A stretch of 64,000 nt of DNA from Bacteriovoracaceae bacterium (GTDB lineage Bacteria; Bdellovibrionota; Bacteriovoracia; Bacteriovoracales; Bacteriovoracaceae), in contig OZ244226.1 in NCBI GenBank assembly GCA_965217035.1, positions 2,152,146 through 2,216,145 on the forward strand. Direction: 5' to 3'. Numbering within the stretch: position 1 is the first letter of the stretch; every line of letters starts with the position of its first letter. Shown piece after piece: positions 20,522 to 30,895 of the stretch. The position numbers were made by a program, and so were the translations under genes. The notes below the pieces were generated by a model. The model searched no databases and was not told where the DNA came from. It worked only from the letters and a program-made list of their open reading frames with translations.

Positions 20522-21949
20522 ATGATTACGAAAAGAAGGGCTAAAATTGTAGGGACACTCGGACCATCTACAAATTCAGTAGAAGTTCTAGAACGACTCA
20601 TCCTTTCAGGACTGAATGTTGCTCGCTTAAATATGAGTCATGGAACCCATGAGCAACATAAACACATGATCGAAAACGTTAGGACAGCTTCTAAGAAGTG
20701 CAATAGAGAAGTAGCTATCCTTTGTGATCTACAAGGTCCAAAAATACGTGTCTCAAAACTAGATCAACCTCTTGAGCTTAAGAAGGGTGAGCGTTGGCTT
20801 ATCGGCTTTGAAAGAGACGTTCCAAAAACTGGGAATGTGATCCCAACGACTTATGAAAATATAGCGAAAGACGCTCAAGAAGGAGCTCGAATTCTTTTTG
20901 ATGATGGTTTACTTGAGGCTAAGGTTACTAAAAACGAAGCCAATCATATTGAAATTGAAGTTATTGAGGGAGGCTTTTTAAAGTCGAATAAAGGAATCAA
21001 TTTACCAGATAGTAATGTTTCTGCTCCAAGCTTAACAGAAAAGGATGAAAAAGATTTATTATTTGGAATTAGGTATGAAGTTGATTATGTGGCCTTGAGC
21101 TTTGTTCGAACCGCCGATGATGTTCAACGAGTTAAGAATATTATCAATAAGCAAAAGGTCTATGTTCCAATTGTCGCCAAAGTCGAGAAGCCAGAAGCAA
21201 TTGAGAATATTGATGCTATTATTGAAGTCAGTGATGTGATCATGATTGCTCGTGGAGACATGGGAGTAGAATTAGGAAATCATCTTGTCCCACAAATCCA
21301 AAAAGAAATTATCGCAAAATGTAATACGAGAGGTGTTCCGGTTATAACGGCAACTCAAATGCTTGAAAGTATGATGGAGCATTCTAGACCGACAAGAGCT
21401 GAGGCGAGTGATGTCGCCAATGCTATTTGGGACGGAACAGATGCTGTCATGTTAAGTGGTGAAACAGCTGCAGGGAAGTTCCCTGTTGAAACTGTTCAAA
21501 TGATGAATCAAATCGTTAAAGAAGCTGAAAGACATCCGAGAGAACGCCCTTTGCTTAGGAATATGAATCTTTCAGGAGTTTCTTCTAGTATTCAAGTCGC
21601 AGCTTCCTTAATTGCCGAAAAAAATAAAGCAAGGTGTATTCTTTCTTTTACTGAAAGTGGAAACTCCTGTTTACAAATGACTCGATTTCGACCAAAGAGA
21701 CCGGTCCTTGGGGTGACTCCATCCTTGAAGTCTATTCGAAGAATGTGCCTTTATTGGGGAATTACTCCTTATTTTGTGTTGAGTGATCAGAAAGATATCC
21801 TTGAGATGGAAACAGAGATTATCAACCGTCTTAGAGATGAAGCGAAACTCGTAAAAGGGGATAAAATCGTTATTACTCATGGTGGAGGCTTGTTTTTTAA
21901 AGATGGAACGGCTAACACGATTAGAGTTGAGATCGTTCAAGAGGTCTAA
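20522..21949 (+). CDS. pyk: pyruvate kinase
   Basis: KIVGTLGPS, RLNMSHG, DLQGPKIR, ARGDMG, ATQMLESM and MLSGETA motifs. Confidence 0.97.
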   Translation: MITKRRAKIVGTLGPSTNSVEVLERLILSGLNVARLNMSHGTHEQHKHMIENVRTASKKCNREVAILCDLQGPKIRVSKLDQPLELKKGERWLIGFERDVPKTGNVIPTTYENIAKDAQEGARILFDDGLLEAKVTKNEANHIEIEVIEGGFLKSNKGINLPDSNVSAPSLTEKDEKDLLFGIRYEVDYVALSFVRTADDVQRVKNIINKQKVYVPIVAKVEKPEAIENIDAIIEVSDVIMIARGDMGVELGNHLVPQIQKEIIAKCNTRGVPVITATQMLESMMEHSRPTRAEASDVANAIWDGTDAVMLSGETAAGKFPVETVQMMNQIVKEAERHPRERPLLRNMNLSGVSSSIQVAASLIAEKNKARCILSFTESGNSCLQMTRFRPKRPVLGVTPSLKSIRRMCLYWGITPYFVLSDQKDILEMETEIINRLRDEAKLVKGDKIVITHGGGLFFKDGTANTIRVEIVQEV

Positions 21950-22008
21950 TTTTTACGCTTTGCATTTTTAACTCTGCTTATTGTCTTAATCTGTGTTATG
22001 ACTGAGAC

Positions 22009-22977
22009 GTGGATCCATTTGATAAATCATTCTTAGGGAACCTCGGTATTGTGGACTGGGGCTATACTGAACAATCAGAACCTATTTCTTATGAACACTT
22101 TCAGTCGTGGTTAAGTCAGTCTTATCATGGAAAACTGGGTTATCTTGCAGATAAGAGAGCGGATAAAAGAGCAAGTTTGAAAGAAGTCTATCCTGATTTC
22201 GAATCAGCCTTGGTTTTTTTGTTCGATTATCGAAAACAAAAGAAATACCTCCAAGAGAAAAAGGATCATCGAATCGCAGGTTATGCACTTGGTTTCGATG
22301 GAGAAGATTATCATTTTGTTCTCAGAGAACGCTTAGAGAAAATTGCGCTATTTCTTGAGATCAATACTTATAAGATGAGTATTGATATGGAGCCAGTGTT
22401 AGAAAGAGATTTAGCCTACCGTTCAGGTTTAGGATGGTTTGGTAAAAACTCTATGTTGATCAATAAAAAAGAAGGCAGTTACTTTCTTATCGCTTCTCTT
22501 CTTTTGCCAAAAAAGCTTAGCCTCAAAAGTAAAGAGGTAGAATCGGATCATTGCGGAATTTGTACAAAATGTCTTGATGCTTGCCCGACAGATGCCATTA
22601 CTAATGAGCGAACATTAATTGCAAATAGGTGTATCTCGACTTTTACAATTGAAACTTTTAAAGAAGAAACAGCACCTGATGGTTTTAAAGAAGAATATTA
22701 TTTTGGATGTGATATTTGCCAAGATATTTGTCCTTGGAATCATAAACCTTTAGAGGGAGTTGTTCCAGAGGTTAAAAAGGGACTTGTTTATAATTTTTTT
22801 CTAGACCGAGATAATGAACAAATCCTAGAGGACCTTTCTAAGATGTCTAATCGTGGCTATAAGAGACTCTTTCGAGGAACTGTGCTTGAAAGACCGGGGC
22901 GAATCGGTATGATAAAGAACTTGCGAGCTATTAAAGAAAGGACAAATAATGATAACAGTCATCTCTGGAACAAATAG
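22009..22977 (+). CDS. queG: epoxyqueuosine reductase
   Basis: DYHFVL, GLGWFGKN, CGICTKCLDACPT and GCDICQDICPWN motifs. Confidence 0.93.
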   Translation: MDPFDKSFLGNLGIVDWGYTEQSEPISYEHFQSWLSQSYHGKLGYLADKRADKRASLKEVYPDFESALVFLFDYRKQKKYLQEKKDHRIAGYALGFDGEDYHFVLRERLEKIALFLEINTYKMSIDMEPVLERDLAYRSGLGWFGKNSMLINKKEGSYFLIASLLLPKKLSLKSKEVESDHCGICTKCLDACPTDAITNERTLIANRCISTFTIETFKEETAPDGFKEEYYFGCDICQDICPWNHKPLEGVVPEVKKGLVYNFFLDRDNEQILEDLSKMSNRGYKRLFRGTVLERPGRIGMIKNLRAIKERTNNDNSHLWNK

Positions 22978-23494
22978 AAAGAACTCTAATACAAAAGTCA
23001 TTGCAGATATTACTTGTGAAAAGATGAAAGAGAAGGGAATTGATTATCAACTTCTTGATCTCAGAGAACTTCCTGAGGGATTGTTTCATAAAGATGTCTA
23101 CTGGAATGCCCCTGCAGAGTTTAAACCTTTTCAAGAGATGATTCTTAACTGTGATGGGATTCTAAATATTGTTCCTGAATACAACGGTTCTTTTCCAGGG
23201 GTCTTTAAGTATTTCATTGATATCCTTAAGTTTCCTGAATCTCTTTTAGAGATGCCTTCAGGATTTATTGGAGTTGCTGACGGTTACTTTGGTGCCTTAA
23301 GAGCGATTGAGCAGCTAGAGATGATTTATCAATACCGCAAAGGCCATATCTTTGGTAAACGAGTTATGTTCCCAGGTGTTTCTAAGAAACTTTCAGAGGA
23401 TAAGCAATCAATTACTGATGGAAAGCTTGACGAAATGCTTACAGAGATGGTTGTTGATTTTAATGATTTTTCGAATCGTTTGAAGAAATCATGA
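22949..23494 (+). CDS. NADPH-dependent FMN reductase
   Basis: ISGTNRKNS and PEYNGSFPGVFKYFID motifs. Confidence 0.9.
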   Translation: MITVISGTNRKNSNTKVIADITCEKMKEKGIDYQLLDLRELPEGLFHKDVYWNAPAEFKPFQEMILNCDGILNIVPEYNGSFPGVFKYFIDILKFPESLLEMPSGFIGVADGYFGALRAIEQLEMIYQYRKGHIFGKRVMFPGVSKKLSEDKQSITDGKLDEMLTEMVVDFNDFSNRLKKS

Positions 23495-23856
23495 CTCCAC
23501 AAGATCTCTTGATTGAATATGAGAAACGTCTGTCTTCTCAGAGTTTTGAGAAAGTAAAGCCTCTTATACATAAAGATGCAACTTTTTGGTTTAATGATGG
23601 TTCATTCTCTGGAATTAGAGAGATAGAACAAGCCTTCCAGAAAACATTCGACCTTATTAAGGAAGAAAAATACTGGCTTTCAAGTCTTAAATGGATTTCA
23701 GAAACTAGTAATTCGGCGACATGTATTTATCAATACAATTGGACTGGCTTGATAGAAGGAAAGCAATCCTCTGGAAATGGTCGCGGTACAAGTGTTTTAA
23801 AAAAAGTTGATGGTAATTGGAAAATTATTCACGAACATTTGAGTCGAGACTCATAG
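23491..23856 (+). CDS. NTF2/SnoaL-like (DUF4440-type) protein
   Basis: C-terminal GRGTSVLKKVDGNWKIIHEHLS. Confidence 0.8.
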   Translation: MTPQDLLIEYEKRLSSQSFEKVKPLIHKDATFWFNDGSFSGIREIEQAFQKTFDLIKEEKYWLSSLKWISETSNSATCIYQYNWTGLIEGKQSSGNGRGTSVLKKVDGNWKIIHEHLSRDS

Positions 23857-23876
23857 GCCGAGGATTTCTCCTCGGC
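23857..23876. terminator. hairpin between convergent genes
   Basis: GCCGAGGA-tttc-TCCTCGGC, a perfect 8-bp stem. Confidence 0.65.
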
Positions 23877-23886
23877 AGTATTAAAC

Positions 23887-24108
23887 TTAATTAAGAGGCG
23901 TTTCTTGAACATAAAGACGGAAGATCTTGTCTTTACTTCTTCTGATATAGAAGTTTCCTTGGTCCTTTTGGTCTTTCAGAAACTCATAGTACTCAGGAAG
24001 TTCGCATTGAATTTCGAAAACAGATTTACCTTCATGTTCACCGAAATCAACAAAAACTCTGTCTTCTTCAATAATACCTGTAAGTGGTGATTGTTCCTGC
24101 TGTGCCAT
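23887..24108 (-). CDS. small hypothetical protein with an FG(K/E)(Y/H)xGK-type motif
   Basis: Strong SD AGGAGG; DFGEHEGKSVFEI..PEYYEFL. Confidence 0.65.
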   Translation of the reverse strand: MAQQEQSPLTGIIEEDRVFVDFGEHEGKSVFEIQCELPEYYEFLKDQKDQGNFYIRRSKDKIFRLYVQETPLN

Positions 24109-24210
24109 ATTCCCTCCTAGAATACGAATGAATTTTGCTTCTTAATAACTTCTTAAGAAGCCTTCCTAAGACTATGATAGAAAATTAAAACTAGAAATGA
24201 AAAGGAAAAT

Positions 24211-25212
24211 TTACTCTTTGAAAAAGTTTTTAAGATAATGAACAAGAGCTTTAAATTCTAGTGGGTAGCGCTCGGCCATAATGGCCCTAATAAGATCAAG
24301 GCACTCAAATATCGAAACAGGTTTTCTATAAGGTCTTTCGCTAATCATGGCCGTAATGACGTCAAACACAGCAACAAGATATGTTTCTAAACCATAGGCC
24401 ATATCGTCTTCTAGTGTCAGCTTATCACCACTTCTTACCTGAGCAATTTTATCGTTCAGAAAGTGATGGTGTGTAATAATTTCAAGTTGAGACTTATTAA
24501 TAGGCAATCTGTTCTCTATAAGAAGTAAAGTGTTATAAGGGTGAACCTTTAAAGCTCTTTTATCGTGTTGATCAAGTTCTTCCTTATCAAGTGAATCTTT
24601 TTGAACATAACACATTCCAAGGTCTTTTAAGTAACTTGTTACAAACAAGTTCTCAATTTCTCTTGAAGAAAATGTTTTTAAATAATGAAGAAAACCAAGC
24701 AGCATCACAGAAGAAAGCATGGGTTGTAATCTAGAGTAATGAAAAGGTTCTATTTGCATTTTGTGGAAAAGCTTATTGACGATTTTCTTATGTTCATTAG
24801 CAAAACCGACAAGGTTACCAGAACTTTGGTAAAGAAGTTTTAAAATTTCATCATTTAAAGGGGAGTCATAAAGATTCTGCATATTCATTGTCATTAATGA
24901 AACATGTTGAAGAGAATTTTTTAAAGGACTTCCTCCTACTGATAGAGAACGAGCATTATGCCTTAAACGATCAAGAAGGTTTTCTTCAATTCTTTCATTG
25001 TCTTCAACCGAGACAAAAACGGTCGTAATCCCATCTACGATGAGATTTTTAACATCTTCTTTTGTGATTTTTTGATGATGATTAAAAATAATCGCAAATT
25101 GATTCTTGCGAAAAACGTAGATATCATCTTCAGGAAACTCAAGGACAAGCAGTTCTCGAGCAGTCCTTTCACATAATTGAAAAGGCAACTGGTGCGCGTA
25201 CATAATATTCAT
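24211..25212 (-). CDS. degenerate HD-GYP domain protein
   Basis: LKDLG where HDxG is expected, HP, HH, and FDVITAMISERPYRK. Confidence 0.75.
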   Translation of the reverse strand: MNIMYAHQLPFQLCERTARELLVLEFPEDDIYVFRKNQFAIIFNHHQKITKEDVKNLIVDGITTVFVSVEDNERIEENLLDRLRHNARSLSVGGSPLKNSLQHVSLMTMNMQNLYDSPLNDEILKLLYQSSGNLVGFANEHKKIVNKLFHKMQIEPFHYSRLQPMLSSVMLLGFLHYLKTFSSREIENLFVTSYLKDLGMCYVQKDSLDKEELDQHDKRALKVHPYNTLLLIENRLPINKSQLEIITHHHFLNDKIAQVRSGDKLTLEDDMAYGLETYLVAVFDVITAMISERPYRKPVSIFECLDLIRAIMAERYPLEFKALVHYLKNFFKE

Positions 25213-25293
25213 ATCGGAATGAATCTTTAGAGCTTTTACGATCTGAAACAGTAATGAAAATAATGCCTTAGATTAGGCTTTTATAAGGTTTGA

Positions 25294-26247
25294 TTATAAA
25301 AACTGACCAAGGAAATCAGTAAATTTATGGCCGTTAGCTTCAAGCATTTGAGGGAAGAGCGAAATACTTGTCATTCCTGGAAAGGTATTAATTTCATTAA
25401 TATAGAGATCGCCTTCTTTATCTTCTAAAAAGTCGACTCTTGAAAGATGTCTTAAGTTCAAACCTTTGAAGGCTTTGAGGCTGTATTCTTCGATTATTTT
25501 AACTGTTTCTTCTGAGAGATTGAGAGCATTAACATTGATCTTTGTTGTAGAAGTATCGTTGTATTTCTCTTCATAGCTATAAAATGTATCTGGGCAGATG
25601 ATCTCACCGGGGTGAGTTGCATAGATTTTCCCATCAAGTTCATAAACCGCGACTTCTAATTCTCTTCCATAGACAAACTTTTCAACGATAACTTGTTCCG
25701 AATATTTAAAAGCATTCAAGATAGCTGCTTTTAGATCAGACTTTTTAGTAACAGGGTAGCATCCAACAGAAGAGCCTTCGGAACTGGCCTTAACAAAAAG
25801 GTTGAGGTGTTGATCCCAAAAATCACTTAAAGTTGATTCATTGATATTATTTCTATCATTCAAATAAAGTGAAGGAGTATAAGGAAGTCCAAGCTCTTCA
25901 AACCAAAGTTTTGTTGTAATTTTATTAAAACAGATATGACTTTTCTCAGAATTATTTCCTAGGTAAGGAACTCCAATCATATCCAAATAACCTGGAAGTT
26001 CTCCTGTTTCTCCTGGAAAGCCATGGAGGCAGGGGATAACAAAGTCGATTTTTTCGGAGCCTATCCTATGGTCAGGACCAAGAGTAATGACTTGTCCACT
26101 GTGATGCCAAAGACGGTCTTTGATTTCAACTTCTAGCACATTTGCTTTTTCTGTTTTTTGAAGTTGCTCGGCGATATATTCTTTAGAACGGATTGAGATG
26201 TCGTGTTCGTTACCACCTCCACCGTAAACTAAAAGAACATTTTTCAT
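25294..26247 (-). CDS. ddl: D-alanine--D-alanine ligase
   Basis: EHDIS, LHGFPGETG, EGSSVG, YSYEEKY and NEINTFPG motifs. Confidence 0.95.
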   Translation of the reverse strand: MKNVLLVYGGGGNEHDISIRSKEYIAEQLQKTEKANVLEVEIKDRLWHHSGQVITLGPDHRIGSEKIDFVIPCLHGFPGETGELPGYLDMIGVPYLGNNSEKSHICFNKITTKLWFEELGLPYTPSLYLNDRNNINESTLSDFWDQHLNLFVKASSEGSSVGCYPVTKKSDLKAAILNAFKYSEQVIVEKFVYGRELEVAVYELDGKIYATHPGEIICPDTFYSYEEKYNDTSTTKINVNALNLSEETVKIIEEYSLKAFKGLNLRHLSRVDFLEDKEGDLYINEINTFPGMTSISLFPQMLEANGHKFTDFLGQFL

Positions 26248-28007
26248 TAATACTTATCCCTAAGTTTCTCTGGCGTAAATTCAGCTTCAAGGTCGCTAAA
26301 CATCTTAAGCACATCAGCGATTGCGAAAGATTCCGTTTTCTGTTCGCCATATTTTCTAAGACTTAAAGTCTTATCGTTCATCTCATTATCACCGATAACG
26401 ATCATGAAAGGAACCTTTGCCTTTTGAGTTTGTCGTGTTTTAAGGCCCATCGTCTCATTTCGTTTATCAACATTAGCTCTAATTCCAATTTTTTTAAGCT
26501 CAATTTCAATCTCATCACAGAAAGCGCCATGAGCATCAAGGTTAACTGGAATAATCCGGACTTGCTCCGAAGCTAACCAAAATGGGAAAACTCCACCTGT
26601 ATGCTCTATATAAACACCCAAAAACCTTTCAAGTGATCCAAGCAGGGCCCTGTGAATAACGACAGGTCGTTTATCTTCACCATCTGAATCTGTGTACTTT
26701 AGATCAAATCTTTCAGGAAGAACGAAGTCAAGTTGGATTGTTCCAAGTTGATGGTAGCGGTTAAGAGCATCTGCTATTTCAATATCAATTTTCGGACCAT
26801 AGAAAGCTCCATCACCTTCATTGATTCCAAATTTATGACCACTTGCTTTAAGGGCCGCTTCAAGAGCTGACTCGGCTTGATCCCAAATTTCATCAGAACC
26901 CGCTTTCTTCTCAGGTCGAGTGGAAAGGCTGACTTTGATTTTATTAAATCCAAAGTGTTCATAAGAAATAAAAAACATCTCCATTAAAGAGATAATCTCT
27001 TCTTGAATCTTTTCAGGCTGAATAAAAATATGGGCATCGTCTTGGCAAAATGTTCGAACTCTTGTGAGGCCTGCGACAACTCCCGAGCGTTCGTATCTAT
27101 GAAGCCGACCAAAGTCTGCGTATCTCATGGGAAGATCTCGATAGCTGTATTTATAATGTTTGAACATTAACATATGACAAGGACAGTTCATTGGCTTAAG
27201 TCCGAACTCTCTCTCATCAATCGGAGTAAAGTACATATTTTCTTTGTAATTATCGTAATGGCCGCTTGTGCGCCAAAGGTCTACATCAAGAACTTGTGGA
27301 GTAATAACTTCCTCATAGCCGTATTTGTTATATAGATTTCTCATATAATCAACGAGTCGATTATAGAGATAAGTTCCTTTAGGCATAAAGAAAGGACTTG
27401 CAGGAGCGACTGGATCAAAATGAAAGAGATTTAACTCTTTTCCAAGTTTTCTATGATCTCGCTTTTTGGCTTGTTCTAAAAAGTGGAGATGTTCTTTAAG
27501 TTCTTCCTTTGATTTAAAAGAAGCTGCGTAAATTCTCTGAAGCATTGGTCGTTTCTCATCTCCACGCCAATAAGCACCTGCTGTGTGAAGGAGCTTAAAA
27601 GACATTGGAAGATGACCAGTGCTCTCAACATGTGGTCCTCGACAAAGATCAAAAAAGTCATCTCCTTGAGTGTAATAAGTGATTGTTTCACCAGTTGGAA
27701 AATCTTCAATCAACTCACACTTGAGATCTTGCTTCTTTTCTTTGAAGAATTTTATTGCATCTTCTCGCGCGATTTCATGGCGAGTAATTGGAAGCTTCTT
27801 TTTAATAAGCTCTTTCATTCGTTTTTCTATTTTCTTGAGATCTTCATCTTGAATACGAGTTTCCATAGAAATGTCATAGTAAAAACCATTCTCTATGGTC
27901 GGACCGATACCAAGTTGTACGGTTTCATTTGGGTAGAGTTCCGTAATTGCTTGGGCCATAAGATGTGCAGTGCTATGCCGTAGTGTGTCTAAATCGTATT
28001 CCTTCAC
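26247..28007 (-). CDS. thrS: threonine--tRNA ligase (short form without the TGS domain)
   Basis: RHSTAH, DLCRGPH, RDHRKLG, KPMNCP and AFYGPK motifs; GTG start at 28007 with SD GGAGG. Confidence 0.97.
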   Translation of the reverse strand: MKEYDLDTLRHSTAHLMAQAITELYPNETVQLGIGPTIENGFYYDISMETRIQDEDLKKIEKRMKELIKKKLPITRHEIAREDAIKFFKEKKQDLKCELIEDFPTGETITYYTQGDDFFDLCRGPHVESTGHLPMSFKLLHTAGAYWRGDEKRPMLQRIYAASFKSKEELKEHLHFLEQAKKRDHRKLGKELNLFHFDPVAPASPFFMPKGTYLYNRLVDYMRNLYNKYGYEEVITPQVLDVDLWRTSGHYDNYKENMYFTPIDEREFGLKPMNCPCHMLMFKHYKYSYRDLPMRYADFGRLHRYERSGVVAGLTRVRTFCQDDAHIFIQPEKIQEEIISLMEMFFISYEHFGFNKIKVSLSTRPEKKAGSDEIWDQAESALEAALKASGHKFGINEGDGAFYGPKIDIEIADALNRYHQLGTIQLDFVLPERFDLKYTDSDGEDKRPVVIHRALLGSLERFLGVYIEHTGGVFPFWLASEQVRIIPVNLDAHGAFCDEIEIELKKIGIRANVDKRNETMGLKTRQTQKAKVPFMIVIGDNEMNDKTLSLRKYGEQKTESFAIADVLKMFSDLEAEFTPEKLRDKY

Positions 28008-28220
28008 ACTCCCTCCAAATAAAAAAAGATCAGGAGAATATACCATTGAGCGTAATCTAATGTAAATGTAAGATTAGATTCAATAAAATCCAACCTTTTT
28101 TAATAATTCTTTGTATTATCAATAATTTATAAAACCAGACTCATTTTACAGGGAATTAACATTATTGTAAGTTTATTGAGATCAAATCCAAAGGATATGA
28201 GGAATTTATTGGGGGGGTCC

Positions 28221-29513
28221 ATGTCGATCGAGGTTTTTGAAGAAGTACAAAGAAAATTGGTTCAAGCAAAAGAGGACCGAGTTTTCGAAAAAGTAGAAAA
28301 CCAAGTTATTGCTGAGAAAGGTTTTATACCAACACCTGATTCTAAGTTAATTTCTGCGAGAGAAATCGGGGAAACTCATTATAAGTTAGCAAAGATTTAT
28401 TACGACAAAGCAGATCTTGAAAAAGCTGAGTACTACTTTTTAAAAGCACTCGATGCATGTGAATTACCTCAAGATGCTTTTGCGATGATGAAGATCAGTG
28501 GTTTTTTAGTGAGAGTCTATTCCGAATTTCTAAGAAAAGAAGAAACAAATAATTATATTAAAATTTCTCAATTGCTCCTTGATACAGTTTTTATGTCTAA
28601 AGATTGGCAAGCAAGAGCTGAATACTTCTTCTATATGGGCTCAACGAAGACTTACCTTGGCGAGCTAGAAGAAGCGAATAAAAACTTTTCTCTTGCTGTT
28701 AAAAAAGCCCAGGAATCAAACGAGCCTGAAGTTGTAGCGAAGTCTCTTCTTCTCATCGCTCAGAATTATTTCCAAATGGGAGACCTCGAAGCTTCTTTCC
28801 GTGGCCTTTGTCAGCTCGAGCAATTGCTTTCAATTCTTAATAAGGGGTATTTAAAAGGAAGCATGTACCTGCTTTATGCTTCTATCTATAATAGAAGAGG
28901 TGAGCACAGTAGAGCGATTGAGTATTATAAAAAATCTCTTGAAGAACTTAATAAGAAATCATGTTGGAACCTTATCGGATACATCATGCTTGGCATGGGT
29001 GTGAGTTACAAGAAAATGGGAGATTATAAAAAATCTATTCTTCACTTTGAAATGGCTCAAAACCTCACAAGCGGATCTCTCTTTAAAAAACTCCACAGCA
29101 AAATTGGTGGAGAAATTAATGAGGTTAATGATTCCAATATCGACTTTATCATCGATAAAACTGAGCGAATTATTAAGGAAAAGACTCTTGGAGTTATCGA
29201 CTTTAAGCACAGATTCGTTCTCCTCGAAATTCTTTACTTATTGGCTTCAAATCCAGGGAAATATTTTGATAAGGAAGATCTCTCAAGAGAAATTTGGAGA
29301 GAAGAGTATAATCCGTTGATTCATGATAAACTTATTTATACAAGTATCTCTCGTTTAAGGAAGCTGATTGAACCAGGTGGAGAAAAGAATAAATACATCG
29401 TTCGTGGAAAAGACGGTTACACGTTTAGTCCGCATGTTAAGGTCCGCTTTTGTCATAATACAGGATCTCAAAACGACTCTATTTCAAATATTGAAATTAG
29501 CGCTCCGTTATAG
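28221..29513 (+). CDS. TPR-repeat protein with C-terminal OmpR/PhoB-type winged-helix DNA-binding domain
   Basis: Several TPR helices, then EILYLLASNPG..DKEDLSREIW..LIYTSISRLRKLIE..GYTF. Confidence 0.8.
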   Translation: MSIEVFEEVQRKLVQAKEDRVFEKVENQVIAEKGFIPTPDSKLISAREIGETHYKLAKIYYDKADLEKAEYYFLKALDACELPQDAFAMMKISGFLVRVYSEFLRKEETNNYIKISQLLLDTVFMSKDWQARAEYFFYMGSTKTYLGELEEANKNFSLAVKKAQESNEPEVVAKSLLLIAQNYFQMGDLEASFRGLCQLEQLLSILNKGYLKGSMYLLYASIYNRRGEHSRAIEYYKKSLEELNKKSCWNLIGYIMLGMGVSYKKMGDYKKSILHFEMAQNLTSGSLFKKLHSKIGGEINEVNDSNIDFIIDKTERIIKEKTLGVIDFKHRFVLLEILYLLASNPGKYFDKEDLSREIWREEYNPLIHDKLIYTSISRLRKLIEPGGEKNKYIVRGKDGYTFSPHVKVRFCHNTGSQNDSISNIEISAPL

Positions 29514-30066
29514 TGTAATCTTACTCGTGCTCATCCCGAGCACGAGCTATTCCATAAAAGATAAAGTTTATTTTCGAATTGAGACCGATTATTACTCAGG
29601 CTGGGAAGTTCAGAAATATCAAAATCGAATCCGTTACTTCCAATGTCTTTACCCTGAATCAACCTCTCTTAAAGTTTTAAAAAAGTATTATGAAAATCGC
29701 TTTAAGCAAAAAAAGTCATTAAAAAACCTTCTGAATCTAAAAATGGATGATCGTTTAAAGTATGACAAGCCCGTAAATTTTTACCTTATTTATTTCAAGC
29801 TTACGAAGTTCTTAACCGGTCACTCAGTAGTTCTTTCCCAAAGTTTAATAAAAAATATAAGGGATCAGATAAAATTATCGGGATGCTCATTTTCTAAAAA
29901 ATATGAAAAAAATGCGTTAGAAGCGATTAAGCCATTTTATCAAATGGAAGTCTTCCTAAAGTCACGGTTTAATCTCGATCTTGCGAAAGGGAAACTTAAT
30001 TTTAAGTCAGCCTTTAACTTCCTTGATTCTATTGATGGGCAATATCGGCATGAGTTTTTCAATTAA
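29491..30066 (+). CDS. exported hypothetical protein
   Basis: TTG at 29491 gives the signal peptide MKLALRYSVILLVLIPSTSYS. Confidence 0.55.
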   Translation: MKLALRYSVILLVLIPSTSYSIKDKVYFRIETDYYSGWEVQKYQNRIRYFQCLYPESTSLKVLKKYYENRFKQKKSLKNLLNLKMDDRLKYDKPVNFYLIYFKLTKFLTGHSVVLSQSLIKNIRDQIKLSGCSFSKKYEKNALEAIKPFYQMEVFLKSRFNLDLAKGKLNFKSAFNFLDSIDGQYRHEFFN

Positions 30067-30541
30067 AGCTTTTTCAGGGGAAGAGTTAACTCACTTATCA
30101 AGTGAGATAAAAAAACAAATTCAAGATCTTGATCATCAACTTATGGATTATGATTGGACTGACTCTCAATGGAAAGAGCTTTGGTATTCACCTCGACATT
30201 ACTCTTTAGCAATTTTAGAATCAGATCGAATTCAGGGATTCTCGCTTTGGTTGCAGACCGATGTCCTAGAGCTCCTAAAAATTGCTGTTATGAAAGAAGT
30301 GAGAGGGACAAGCCAGTCTCAGATTTTCTTTAGTTCTACTGTTAAGAAATTGAAGGCCCAACAGGTTTTTTTAGAAGTTTCAAAAAAAAACAATACCGCA
30401 ATTAACTTCTACAAAAAACTAGGTTTTGAAACTTTGAATGAAGTAAAAAGGTATTATCGAGATGGATCAAATTGTCTCAAGATGAGCTTTACTCTTACTC
30501 CAGAAAATCATTCTTCCCAAGAGAAAAAAATTGAAGATTAA
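30050..30541 (+). CDS. RimI-like GNAT acetyltransferase
   Basis: ELLKIAV, FLEVSKKNNTAINFYKKLGF and RYYRDG motifs. Confidence 0.8.
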   Translation: MSFSIKAFSGEELTHLSSEIKKQIQDLDHQLMDYDWTDSQWKELWYSPRHYSLAILESDRIQGFSLWLQTDVLELLKIAVMKEVRGTSQSQIFFSSTVKKLKAQQVFLEVSKKNNTAINFYKKLGFETLNEVKRYYRDGSNCLKMSFTLTPENHSSQEKKIED

Positions 30542-30843
30542 TTCTACAAACATCAGTTTTTTCATGATCATCTTCACTTAACCATATTGCAAAAGGATTT
30601 TATCCCACGAGATAGTCTTTAGAAGTTGACCCCATTATGCCGCGGAGCATAGTCGTCATTACAGGAGGATCGTGTGGTTTTACTCCAGATACGTGGACAA
30701 TGACCTTTGATGATCAACTGTAATTGCTTCGAGAATTGATAGGAAGGCAGAAGAATTGATTTTTCGCACAATAATTGATATTTGTAGAGCCTAACGTATT
30801 CCAATTGCAAGGTTTCGTTAGCCTATTAAACATATGGTTTTTT

Positions 30844-30871
30844 AGGGGTGGTTTTTTAACCACCCTTTTTT
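30844..30871 (+). terminator. terminator/attenuator in the rimP leader
   Basis: GGGTGGTT-tttt-AACCACCC plus a T run, about 25 nt before the rimP start. Confidence 0.75.
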
Positions 30872-30895
30872 ATTGCTTAATTTTAAGGGGAAGTA

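Noticed and set aside
28054..28080. AATCTAAT/ATTAGATT inverted repeat between thrS and the TPR-wHTH gene
   Set aside because: An 8-bp AT-rich dyad is expected by chance here, and no T-box or other leader motif is visible.
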